A stretch of DNA of 64,000 bases from positions 50,838 through 114,837 of the IMG/VR virus record IMGVR_UViG_3300007734_000755. One strand, given 5' to 3'. Below, in pieces: positions 36,472 to 45,983 of this stretch. The position numbers and the translations under genes were made by a program. Under the pieces are notes generated by a model. It was not told where the DNA came from. It searched no databases and worked only from the letters and a program-made list of their open reading frames with translations. This stretch comes from a virus. Each line of letters opens with the position of its first letter. Position 1 is the stretch's first letter.

Positions 36472-39366
36472 TTAAGCATCAAACGATGCACCGCTCTTGG
36501 TGATAAAGAAATCAATTGCAATAAATTCAATTGCTCTCGCTGGTTTAATTAGTACCTTGGCATAAAGTATATTCTGATCAATTAGGTCAGGAGTTGTGGT
36601 TGTTGAATCTAGAATCAGTCTATATTCAGTAGTGCCAAATCTAGCCTTAACATCCGAGAGGAACGGCTCTGCCTTATCCTTAAAGTTATTCCATGTATCC
36701 TCTACGTTTGGTTCGAAGAGGATACCGTTCGAAATTAAATTAATCCCTCTCTTGACATACAGCATTAATCTGCGAACATTAATTCTATCAAGGGCACTTG
36801 GGACTGCTTGTAGTGTCTTTTGCCCAAAGATAACAATTCCCTCATTTGGGAACGAGGTAATCGGATTGACGTTTACTAAATAAAGCTTATCTCTGTCTGC
36901 TTGATTTAGTTTCTTGACAACATTAACAACATTAACCCCCGCATTACCAGTTGACAACCCACCTCTGTTGAAACCGGCAGGAGCGAACCAGGGAGCTTGA
37001 ACCTTGTCTGTGTAGGACATCGCTCCGACTGCCGGGATAGACGGAGGAATCGGCAGGATCTTTCCAGAATTTGCATCTGAAATTTGTACCCAAGGATAAT
37101 AAACTGCACCATAGCTTGTGTTAAGATTTCTTCCCTTGATTTGATCTACCACAGAATCAACAGATGCCGCTCTTATTAAAGTTCCATCCTGATCGCTATT
37201 CTCGTATTTTGTAACATATGACGCCTGGTTTTCGGCTTCTCCAGAGGCATCAATAACAGCTAACATGTCGCCTCTTTGTTCTGCCATCTGCGCTAGATAT
37301 TGAGTAATTGGCTCAAACACAAGACCAGGAACAGAAACCAAATTAGCTTCTACTTCCTCCGGATCTCTTACTAAATCTATGGCGCGCTTGTAGGTATAGT
37401 AAACATAGTTACTGTCGTTGTCGGAATTAGAATCCATTATTGTGTTTCTAAGCGGCTCGCCTTCTAGAATATTAAATCCGTCAGAACCACCCTGAAACAC
37501 TGTCGTAAAGGAATTAACACCTGTGTTTAGAAGAGCATCATATGTGCCGCCAATAGAGGTGTATGACGTTCCATCAGCCTTAGACCCAGATACGTGCTTA
37601 AAGAACGTTCCTGTCCAAGTTAATCCAGAGCCAGAGGCTCCAGTAATTTCGATATCATCAAGGCTGAACTGCCACGCATAGGTTAATCCACCTCCTGCAA
37701 CTCCATTGGTAAATGCTACCGCACCAGTTACTGGAAGTCTTAAAATATCATTGACTCCATCATTGTACAATAGTGATGAGACATCTCTAGTTGTGGACGC
37801 TCCCCAATCTGCTAATTTATATGTTGTTAAAGAATCTTCCTTTGAATCAGCTCTCTCCCTGAGGGAGGGAAACGTCCACACATAAGTCGTGGCAGAATGA
37901 TCAGAACCGGTTATAGCCGAAGAGGAGTAATTCTCTCCTGCGGTGAGAACCTCTATCATACCGGATTTTGTACTTCTAAGAGAAGAGATGGATGCTGTGA
38001 CATTATTATATTTTAGTGGGCCAAGAACTCCAAACGGAACTAAAGAAGAATCTAGCTGGTCACTATACATTTCAACTCTAACAAACTTAGAGTTGTTGTC
38101 GTAGAGGCCAATTTCTGTTTGTCTTCTATCGGTGTCATCCCAAGAGAAATATTTGTCGCCTATTTTTCTAGCAACATAATTCGGAGATGATGGATCAAGA
38201 GTACAGCCAACATAGGATTCAACCAATTTCTTATTAGAATCGGTATCGTAAACTCGTCTAATTTCTATATCAAATGAGGCATATTTTTGAGCGTCATTTT
38301 GCGGAGGAATAATGTTATTAATCGTAACCTTTAAATTGTTTCTGATCCATTCGCCAGAATCAAGCGCGACAAGCCTGAACAGCTTGGCCGCCTTTGTTGC
38401 GGGGGTATATGAAGAATCCGTTCCTGCTGCTACCTGAGAAATGAACCACCCGGTTCTAGCCGCATTGTCTTCGCTAGCTGGTCTGTTAAGCCTGCCAGTG
38501 TGGAAGTTTGTAAGTGGTACAATAATGCCCACCATCTCTTGGGATGAGCTTGTTAGAACAGAGTTTGTTACTCCATTAAAGAGATCATTTTCGAACGTTT
38601 CTCCAAGCCAATATCCATAGAAGCTGCTATTGTCAGAAGCTAATCCAGATACGGAATCTGGGTTTGCATTCTGAGGATTTGTGTTGAAAGTTTTTCTAAT
38701 AAATTTACCTGATGAGGGAGAGAAATTGAATTTCTTAGCTGTGCTAACATCAACACCAGCCGAGCCGCTCATGTAAACAGTGAAATTTCCGTCTGTTGAT
38801 TCCTTCATAGACGAGTTGCGATAGTCAGTGTCGTGTCCGCCGCCAAAAATGTTTCCTCCTAACACTGGAACGGTGCCAGAGCAGTACCAGATAGCAGCGA
38901 GTGTTCCGATTAGTTGTGAACCTGCGGATGCTGAATTGAAAATGAATAGGCCAACAGATCCATGCTTTGTATCGGTGGTGCTTGGTCCGAACTGCCAACC
39001 AGCATATCCGGCATTGTTGTCTGTTGTTGCAGTTGCGGTATCGCTTTGCACGCCAAGCATTCTAACATAGGTAACAGTTGGGCTGTTTGCAAGCCAAGCC
39101 TGGGCAGCATAACCTCCGTATGTTGGACCGGCTGGGATGCCACTTCTCCATACATCGCCAGACGAATCTCCACCGGCAACCGGTTCTCCGAATGTCTCTA
39201 CAAACTCCTTATAGGATGAAACAGTAACAGGACGCATCGCTGGCCCTCTTTGTGCTCTACCGATGATTACTGGTCCTACAGGGGCCGCATTCTTCTGAAC
39301 CTGTGATTGATCGACTTCGTTCAGAAAGACACCTGGGGATGAAAAGTTGAAAGATTTTACTGTCAT
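36472..39366 (-). CDS. contractile tail sheath (gp18-like)
   Basis: SPGVF..EVD, PWFAPAG.NRG, GQKTL, LDRINVRRL, KPARAIEFI. Confidence 0.95.
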   Translation of the reverse strand: MTVKSFNFSSPGVFLNEVDQSQVQKNAAPVGPVIIGRAQRGPAMRPVTVSSYKEFVETFGEPVAGGDSSGDVWRSGIPAGPTYGGYAAQAWLANSPTVTYVRMLGVQSDTATATTDNNAGYAGWQFGPSTTDTKHGSVGLFIFNSASAGSQLIGTLAAIWYCSGTVPVLGGNIFGGGHDTDYRNSSMKESTDGNFTVYMSGSAGVDVSTAKKFNFSPSSGKFIRKTFNTNPQNANPDSVSGLASDNSSFYGYWLGETFENDLFNGVTNSVLTSSSQEMVGIIVPLTNFHTGRLNRPASEDNAARTGWFISQVAAGTDSSYTPATKAAKLFRLVALDSGEWIRNNLKVTINNIIPPQNDAQKYASFDIEIRRVYDTDSNKKLVESYVGCTLDPSSPNYVARKIGDKYFSWDDTDRRQTEIGLYDNNSKFVRVEMYSDQLDSSLVPFGVLGPLKYNNVTASISSLRSTKSGMIEVLTAGENYSSSAITGSDHSATTYVWTFPSLRERADSKEDSLTTYKLADWGASTTRDVSSLLYNDGVNDILRLPVTGAVAFTNGVAGGGLTYAWQFSLDDIEITGASGSGLTWTGTFFKHVSGSKADGTSYTSIGGTYDALLNTGVNSFTTVFQGGSDGFNILEGEPLRNTIMDSNSDNDSNYVYYTYKRAIDLVRDPEEVEANLVSVPGLVFEPITQYLAQMAEQRGDMLAVIDASGEAENQASYVTKYENSDQDGTLIRAASVDSVVDQIKGRNLNTSYGAVYYPWVQISDANSGKILPIPPSIPAVGAMSYTDKVQAPWFAPAGFNRGGLSTGNAGVNVVNVVKKLNQADRDKLYLVNVNPITSFPNEGIVIFGQKTLQAVPSALDRINVRRLMLYVKRGINLISNGILFEPNVEDTWNNFKDKAEPFLSDVKARFGTTEYRLILDSTTTTPDLIDQNILYAKVLIKPARAIEFIAIDFFITKSGASFDA

Positions 39367-39397
39367 CTAACGAGTCTCCTATGATTCTAACTCTTAG

Positions 39398-39405
39398 TAA
39401 ATAGT
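39398..39405 (-). promoter_or_regulatory. putative late promoter ACTATTTA
   Basis: Recurrent motif, 32 nt upstream of the sheath ATG. Confidence 0.6.
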
Positions 39406-39421
39406 TTGGGTAAGATGAAAA

Positions 39422-40267
39422 TCATTGTCTAAATGGGGTATCTAGATTGCCAAGGGTATTTATGTCCCCCAATACGACTCGTTCCCTCTGTATTCTCACT
39501 TTTGCAGGGCCTTCCCTATAGACAACGTTTGGAGTTTGTTGTGATGTCTGTGAAGTTGTGGTAAACCCAAGAACATTGATAGAGAATTTTGCCTCATATA
39601 TTTTTTCTGTCTCCCCTATGTCCGGCGAGTTTGATGAGAATCCGGTATCCTTTGGCATAAAAACCTCATATTTGAATCCGTCATATTTTATAGTAAAGAC
39701 CTGGGAGTTGTAGGGAACGACAACTCTTTGTATTGGAGCCATCATTTCATTGATCTGTTGCATATAGATCGCCTTCAATGAAATCTCGTACTTCATATCA
39801 TAATAGGAGGGATAGGGAACAAATACATATTCATTAACCACCTCTATATTATCCATCTTAAAATTTTGTTGTCCACGGACTCGATTGGACTTGGCATTGG
39901 CGAAGTTTGATGTCTTTTCCTGGTTTATTTTTCTCCAAAAACCAAACTGACTGTTCTTATAATCTAAGCCCTTTCTTATTATTCCCGGAAGCGGGCGATT
40001 TCCGACATCTGTTAGCTGAACACCGGTTCTTTGCAGTTGAATCTGTGGAAAGTCTAGGAATCCATTTTCATCCCTCATGTCATTCTGTTCTTTGATTTGA
40101 TAAGCTCTCTCCCTGGAAAACCAAACGACAGGAACCTTTCTCATGCCATCGTTGGTAATGGTTTGAATGTCCAGGGTTTCGTTTAACCAAGTAAACAGCG
40201 CCATGTCCACGGTCTCGAATGTGGAAGTTGGAGTTGAATTATTCTGATTTTTGTATGACGTATCCAT
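39422..40267 (-). CDS. tail terminator / sheath stabiliser (gp15-like)
   Basis: VPVV...ER, P.I...RT, P.YYD..Y; position. Confidence 0.6.
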   Translation of the reverse strand: MDTSYKNQNNSTPTSTFETVDMALFTWLNETLDIQTITNDGMRKVPVVWFSRERAYQIKEQNDMRDENGFLDFPQIQLQRTGVQLTDVGNRPLPGIIRKGLDYKNSQFGFWRKINQEKTSNFANAKSNRVRGQQNFKMDNIEVVNEYVFVPYPSYYDMKYEISLKAIYMQQINEMMAPIQRVVVPYNSQVFTIKYDGFKYEVFMPKDTGFSSNSPDIGETEKIYEAKFSINVLGFTTTSQTSQQTPNVVYREGPAKVRIQRERVVLGDINTLGNLDTPFRQ

Positions 40268-40269
40268 TG

Positions 40270-41490
40270 TTATCCTCTTCTATATATGATTCTGATTGTC
40301 CTTCCTTTCCTCCCTATTGATTCTGTCATGCCCCTCTGCTTCTTAGCCTGTTCCCACCGCTCTTTTGTTGGATAACCTATTCCATATAAATGATATAATG
40401 GTTCGTGTTCATTTCCAAACACATCAGTAAATGATTTTGTATAAACCACAGCTGGGCCGTCTGTTCTATGAATTTGCCCATTTAGATACCACACCTCTAT
40501 TCCGTTGCTAAGTATGTCTGCTGGTCCATCGCGTCTATCAAGACGCCCATTCAGAGTCCACTTCTTATTTCCCCTTGTTTCAGTGTACGTTCTTCCATCT
40601 CCTAGGTTTATGTGTTTATATTCATTTGTTTGGCTTATTGTATTCTTGGGTAATTTATCCGATAACTTCTTAACTATTTCGTTTAAACGGAAGAACAGAT
40701 GACTTTCTTCGAGATCATCATCTTCCTTATCCTTGAACTGGCTCTCCTCTCCATCATAGTGAAATTGATATTTTTCTTCTGGGTTTTTCTTTGAGATGAA
40801 GATGATCAATGGTTTTTCCCTGGAGTGATATTTTTCATAATATTGCAGTCCAGGAGCTGCCGTACACCACCTTGTACCCTTCCCCAGCTGTATTGCTGCT
40901 GCTTTATTTTCTGGTATAAAAATTTCCCAGTTCTCATCCTCATAGATTTTGTTGATTATCGCATTTTTTTCTGCCTTCTTTTGTTTATATTCTTCATAGG
41001 CTGGCATTGCATCATCAACAATTTTAACGAATTCATCTGTTGTCTTTATTGAATATATATCCTGTTTGGCTAATATTCTGCCGATTCCCTGTTCCTTGAT
41101 TTGATAGAAGGTTTCTAGTGGACGGCTTAGTATAATATAAAATACCACATCTTTTTCATTAACGACACTAGACAGAAAAACGCTTATAAGCCAATTGAGG
41201 GCTTCTGCTCGATTTGAAGGAGAAATATCGTCTGGAATGGCGCTTTTTATCATTTCTTCCATTCCCTCGGTGCTATATTTTGCGTTCAGAGAGTCTTCTG
41301 CTATTTCTTCCTTTGTCATACCCATTCTTATAGATTTTTCATCAGATACGAATCTAGCGAAATATTTTATAGAGTTTCTCATAACCTCTTCGCACTTTGA
41401 CTTAAATGCCTTAGACTTGAATCTTGGGAGGACTTGTTCCATCTTTATTTCATTAAGAATTCTTCTATTTTCAAATATAATTCTTATCAT
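40270..41490 (-). CDS. hypothetical protein with GTRWCTA domain and HRxDGPA repeats
   Basis: AAIQLGKGTRWCTA...EKYQFH; LDRRDGPA and IHRTDGPA repeats. Confidence 0.65.
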   Translation of the reverse strand: MIRIIFENRRILNEIKMEQVLPRFKSKAFKSKCEEVMRNSIKYFARFVSDEKSIRMGMTKEEIAEDSLNAKYSTEGMEEMIKSAIPDDISPSNRAEALNWLISVFLSSVVNEKDVVFYIILSRPLETFYQIKEQGIGRILAKQDIYSIKTTDEFVKIVDDAMPAYEEYKQKKAEKNAIINKIYEDENWEIFIPENKAAAIQLGKGTRWCTAAPGLQYYEKYHSREKPLIIFISKKNPEEKYQFHYDGEESQFKDKEDDDLEESHLFFRLNEIVKKLSDKLPKNTISQTNEYKHINLGDGRTYTETRGNKKWTLNGRLDRRDGPADILSNGIEVWYLNGQIHRTDGPAVVYTKSFTDVFGNEHEPLYHLYGIGYPTKERWEQAKKQRGMTESIGRKGRTIRIIYRRG

Positions 41491-41978
41491 TGGGCTGAAA
41501 AATTTCCTTTTCTAGATTTAATGCAGGTTGCCACTATTTCTACCTTATTCTCATCCTGTCCATAGGGAGAAATTGGTTCCTTTAGTTTGACAATTTCAAA
41601 CAGGATTTGGTTGTGAAGAATAAAATCTCCCTCTCTAACATATAGGTTTTGGTCCTCTGTTAACCTTCTCTTGTGGAAGAACACTTCAATATTTCGTTCC
41701 TTCTCTAGACCAAACTTATCAACTCTCGTCTCGACACCACTTGGCTTAACAAAGGCATAAACTCTTATGGGAGGGAGGAAATTTTTCTGAATGGCTTCAC
41801 CATATAGAGGATGATATTCAGTGGTGTTTGTATCAATTGCGTAATAAAGGATAGCCTGGCCAACAACTCTTTCTGCAACCTCTGTAACGACTTGTTTATT
41901 AAAGTCCCTCTCTGGCTGGTTAATAAACAGCGGAGCGGGAGGAGCGGCGGGTTGTGTAAATTGGTTTATTTTTGGCAT
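41487..41978 (-). CDS. neck protein (gp14-like)
   Basis: LYGEA..K.F, KFGL, EGDFI; position. Confidence 0.7.
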   Translation of the reverse strand: MPKINQFTQPAAPPAPLFINQPERDFNKQVVTEVAERVVGQAILYYAIDTNTTEYHPLYGEAIQKNFLPPIRVYAFVKPSGVETRVDKFGLEKERNIEVFFHKRRLTEDQNLYVREGDFILHNQILFEIVKLKEPISPYGQDENKVEIVATCIKSRKGNFSAQ

Positions 41979-41988
41979 TGTTTAAATT

Positions 41989-43227
41989 TTAACCAACGTA
42001 TATCGGGAGGGGCACCATCTTCATTGTGTCTGCCGTATTCTTTACCATCGCTGCCTGTGTTTCAGCAATCTTGGAATAGGTTAACTCGTCCAAGACTTTT
42101 ATCAACTCATCTCTGAGCGATGTTTTTTCCTTATCTGCCTCTGCTAGAAGAGCTGAGGAATTAAGTGTAATCGTAACACCTGGAGCCGGAATAGCTCCAC
42201 TAAACTTTCCTCGGATCTGGCCCAGCATTTCCTTGCTAAGAGCTAGGGCATATCTTCTAATCCATTGCTTTCCAATGCTGTTAATATTTTGATAGGGAAT
42301 ATTCTCAAACGGTAAGGTATTAAGGTTGTTAATACCAGAAATCTCTCCTGGAGTATCGCCCTCGTCCCATCCATCCGGAACAACATAAAATTTAAAAAAT
42401 ACCTTATGAACATCCGTTACAGCCGGGACTGGGTATAATCTCAGTTTGTTGTTAACGATCTCATAGGAGTGGTGTGAGGTCCTTGTATAGATTGAATCCT
42501 CATACATCATCGCCTGTAACTTATTCTGCCATGTGGGGATAACCTCAAAGGTGGAATCGTCTGTATACATACCGTACGTTGACATATTTCCAATAACATT
42601 CATCCCACCATAGTAAGCGAAGAATCTCCACATAGCCCGAGGAGTTATGTAATATATCTTTGTTATTACGGCTCTCTTGCCGTTTAGCTCTGGATATTGT
42701 GAATCGACAGCTTCCTGGAGATCATAGTCTTGAACGCTGGATGTTAGGTTAACCGAAGCAGAGTAGGTCGTTATATCACCACCAACACTTGTTGATGCCC
42801 CAAACCCCTTTGCGACGTTTCTGGGGAGTTGTGGGAAAAATCTTGGGAACTTCAGGGCGACGTTACTTCCGGACACAGAACCAGAAAGCAAATTGCCTGC
42901 ATTATCAAAGCTTCCGGTAGAGTTACCTAGGAGGCTCGGAAGAGCATTCTTGGCCTGATGGATATTGACAAGATAGGAATATTCTAGACAGGCTTCCTGA
43001 TAGGCTGCAAACACATTCTGGTTTGTTAGTTCTATATCAAGAACATCTCCACCCAATCTCTTGTAGACATAGGAAACCTGCTCTGCTGCCCCAGATAGAA
43101 AGTAGTCGTCGCTTATGTATGTTGTAAAGGGATATGAGGTTACAACCGCAGCATCGGTAGTTGTAGCTATCGAGGACAATCTAACAGTTGTTGTTGTTGA
43201 TATTGGTGTAAGGGTGGGTAGGGCCAT
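41989..43227 (-). CDS. neck protein (gp13-like)
   Basis: LGGDVLDIELT, WIRRYALAL.KEMLG.IRGKF. Confidence 0.75.
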   Translation of the reverse strand: MALPTLTPISTTTTVRLSSIATTTDAAVVTSYPFTTYISDDYFLSGAAEQVSYVYKRLGGDVLDIELTNQNVFAAYQEACLEYSYLVNIHQAKNALPSLLGNSTGSFDNAGNLLSGSVSGSNVALKFPRFFPQLPRNVAKGFGASTSVGGDITTYSASVNLTSSVQDYDLQEAVDSQYPELNGKRAVITKIYYITPRAMWRFFAYYGGMNVIGNMSTYGMYTDDSTFEVIPTWQNKLQAMMYEDSIYTRTSHHSYEIVNNKLRLYPVPAVTDVHKVFFKFYVVPDGWDEGDTPGEISGINNLNTLPFENIPYQNINSIGKQWIRRYALALSKEMLGQIRGKFSGAIPAPGVTITLNSSALLAEADKEKTSLRDELIKVLDELTYSKIAETQAAMVKNTADTMKMVPLPIYVG

Positions 43228-43247
43228 TTACTATTTCTCCGCACATA

Positions 43248-43254
43248 TAAATAG
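43248..43254 (-). promoter_or_regulatory. putative late promoter CTATTTA
   Basis: Recurrent motif, 21 nt upstream of ATG 43227. Confidence 0.6.
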
Positions 43255-43288
43255 CCTTGTTAATGATAAACGGCAAAATAACACATTG

Positions 43289-45355
43289 CTATATTAGTTT
43301 AGATTTGGCAGTTAGGGTCTTAAGTATTGGTACGACCTTCTTGTCCTTTGTTGTAAATTGAATTTCGACCTGCAATAGATTCCCGATTATATTTATCTTA
43401 GCTAGATTATATGGAAAAATCTCCGGTGGAAAATAAATAGGGTCAGACCAAGAAGCAGTTTCAAGCTCCACCTTTGTGTTTCCGGCTCTTAATCTAAATC
43501 TTAATGCAGTTCCCTCTGGCAAATCTGCCTCTGCCGAGATTGACTGCCACAATTGTTTCGGCTTGTTCGTTGTAATTGGGTTAAGGTTTATACCTCCAAA
43601 GAATACCGTACTATATTGACCCTTGGGAGCCGTGAAGTAGTTAAGGGTGTATCCTGTCATATCTGAATATGTGTAGGGCGATGAACCAACTGAAACCAAT
43701 CCTACCTTCGTCATAGTCTTTGGTTCAATTTTCGCCGTACTTGAGCCGCCCTGATTAACCGCCCACACAAACCCATCATAATCCAGCGCAACACCAACCG
43801 GATTACCAGAACTCGAGACAAACCCCTCGGTCTTTGGTGGATCAAGATTCCCGTTTATTTTTACAATACCTCCAGAACTATCAACCGCAACATAGATATA
43901 TCCATCATTAGAACTTGCAACTCCTCTTCCCCCACCCCATTGCATACTTACAACCTTCCACTTTAATGTCTTTGGATCATAAACAGAAGCGGTATTACCA
44001 GAAGCAACCCAAACTCTCCCGTACTTGTCGATGTTCAACCCATAGGCTCCGGATGGATAGGCTAGAGCCGGAAGGGTACTGGATTTTGTAACAACGCCGG
44101 TTGAGGGATCAACCATAATTAAACTACCACAACCAGCCCCCTGTCCCCAGATAATCCCCTTCTGGTCGATTACAAGACCATATGGTTCACAACCAATATT
44201 TATATCTGTCATCGTTGCCCCGTCATTTTGATTTAGTCTAACGAGAGACTTCGTATTCCAGTAGCCAATCCAAACATTGTTATCCTTATCTACCGCTGCC
44301 CCTCTGGCATAGGTTCCCTTGTTCGGCTGGACAATAAACTTAACGCACTCGTCATTGGGAATCGTATTGCTACCCGTAGAAGTTTCAATAATTCCATTTC
44401 CGTTCTTGTCTATGCACTTTGATGTCTCTGATATAATCTTTGCCACCTTCCCATCTCCTCGACAGGCAACCCACACGTTTCCCTCTAGGTCCACAGATGT
44501 TCTTGATGGGTCCTGACAAACAGTATATCGCCCAACCTCCACGACAGTCTTGCAATCTACCTTTGATACCGTATTCTGCGGAGAGTTGGCGATCCAGATG
44601 AATTTTAGGTTTAATGAAATTTGAGACACATCAAGCGTTACATTACCCTGATCATTTAATCCAAGACCAGTTGAATTCTCGCTATTTAGATTCCAGGGAT
44701 TTGCACCACCAATTGTTTGTTGGTTACAGGTTAAATCACAATTTCCACAGGTAGACTTCACACCCTCGTCTGTCTCTCCATCACAATCATCATCCTTTCC
44801 GTTGCAAGTCTCTGCGGATGGTCCCACGTCACCCTTACAACCCTGCCAGAAGCCATCCACACACGACTGGGTTCCTTTCTTGCAAGCTCCCTTCCCCGCA
44901 GTTGGAGGATCGTATGAATAACATAATGTGGATGGGGTATTACAGATACAACCCACGATGCCTCCCTTAGAGCAATCTGGGCACGTTGTTGTAAAGTTGG
45001 GGTTTGTATCGTCGCAGTCGTTACCGGGTACACAATTAACTCCATACCCATCTCCGTCCTCATCTATACAAACTGCTATAGTCTCTTCAATCTCGGCGGA
45101 ATCCTCGGACACCTCTCCCGTATCCTCCGGTACTTCCTCTGCAACATCAACTCCCAACACCTCTTCTGTTGTATCCTCTGCTACCTCAGCAACAATAGCA
45201 ATATCCACATCTACCACAACATCGACTTGTGAGGAATCCTTTCCAAACATATTCGAGATCACTGTTGTATCAGGCCCATTTTGGCTCTGGATTGTGGGAT
45301 TTGCAACCTGACTTGAACAGGCCACAAGTAAGATAAATATCAATTTTTTAAACAT
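43289..45355 (-). CDS. Cys-rich lipoprotein with metal-binding repeats and beta-propeller (moron)
   Basis: Lipobox LVAC; DEDGDGYG..DCDD and ETCNGKDDDCDGETDE repeats; repeated D..G.VW propeller blades. Confidence 0.75.
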   Translation of the reverse strand: MFKKLIFILLVACSSQVANPTIQSQNGPDTTVISNMFGKDSSQVDVVVDVDIAIVAEVAEDTTEEVLGVDVAEEVPEDTGEVSEDSAEIEETIAVCIDEDGDGYGVNCVPGNDCDDTNPNFTTTCPDCSKGGIVGCICNTPSTLCYSYDPPTAGKGACKKGTQSCVDGFWQGCKGDVGPSAETCNGKDDDCDGETDEGVKSTCGNCDLTCNQQTIGGANPWNLNSENSTGLGLNDQGNVTLDVSQISLNLKFIWIANSPQNTVSKVDCKTVVEVGRYTVCQDPSRTSVDLEGNVWVACRGDGKVAKIISETSKCIDKNGNGIIETSTGSNTIPNDECVKFIVQPNKGTYARGAAVDKDNNVWIGYWNTKSLVRLNQNDGATMTDINIGCEPYGLVIDQKGIIWGQGAGCGSLIMVDPSTGVVTKSSTLPALAYPSGAYGLNIDKYGRVWVASGNTASVYDPKTLKWKVVSMQWGGGRGVASSNDGYIYVAVDSSGGIVKINGNLDPPKTEGFVSSSGNPVGVALDYDGFVWAVNQGGSSTAKIEPKTMTKVGLVSVGSSPYTYSDMTGYTLNYFTAPKGQYSTVFFGGINLNPITTNKPKQLWQSISAEADLPEGTALRFRLRAGNTKVELETASWSDPIYFPPEIFPYNLAKINIIGNLLQVEIQFTTKDKKVVPILKTLTAKSKLI

Positions 45356-45388
45356 AGTAGTTCTCCGTCTAAGTAACTACTATACCAC

Positions 45389-45436
45389 AAATAGAAACCC
45401 CCTGGTAAAATTTCTTCTAACAAGGGGCTTCTATTT
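45389..45436. terminator. imperfect hairpin / terminator overlapping an extended -10 (TGGTATAGT, 45379-45387)
   Basis: AAATAGAAACCCC...GGGGCTTCTATTT. Confidence 0.5.
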
Positions 45437-45451
45437 TTATCGGTTGTTTAA

Positions 45452-45886
45452 TTATACTTCCTGTTCATATTGCGCTACTACGTCTTCTATTTCTGATTTA
45501 GAATTTCTGACAAGAAGAATACACGCATACTCGTTATCCGCCCCGAGTTCAGCATTATCAAAGGGATGCACAGCGCAATAAAGATGTACTTTATTACCGG
45601 TTGAATTCTTTGCCGCTCTCCTTACAATGTCGCCGCCAGATTCGTCATAAATCTGTTGGAGCGAGGTCTCTGGATCTGATACGGTTAAACCTAGTAATTT
45701 CACAAATTGTCTTGGTGTATATATTTTATCGTCATAATCTATTCCTAATGGAATTTTAGATTCATCTTCGTCGTCTTCTGAGTTGTCCTCTGGCTCGTCC
45801 TCAAAGCTCTCAAAGTCGCTTTGTTCTCTTAATATCTTTTTTATTTCCCGAAGGACCATTTTCTTTAAAATCAAACCATTATTCAT
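45452..45886 (-). CDS. hypothetical late protein with N-terminal LxE leader
   Basis: LKKMVLREIKKILREQ; ACTAATTA at 45906-45913. Confidence 0.6.
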   Translation of the reverse strand: MNNGLILKKMVLREIKKILREQSDFESFEDEPEDNSEDDEDESKIPLGIDYDDKIYTPRQFVKLLGLTVSDPETSLQQIYDESGGDIVRRAAKNSTGNKVHLYCAVHPFDNAELGADNEYACILLVRNSKSEIEDVVAQYEQEV

Positions 45887-45924
45887 ATCGGATTCTCCTG
45901 TGTTATAATTAGTATATCAAATAC

Positions 45925-45964
45925 GCAAAGACCCTCGTTGAATCTCTCCAACGAGGGTCTTTGC
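45925..45964 (-). terminator. terminator after the major capsid gene
   Basis: 16 bp perfect inverted repeat GCAAAGACCCTCGTTG/CAACGAGGGTCTTTGC. Confidence 0.8.
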
Positions 45965-45983
45965 TTAACTATTCTCTAGCTGT

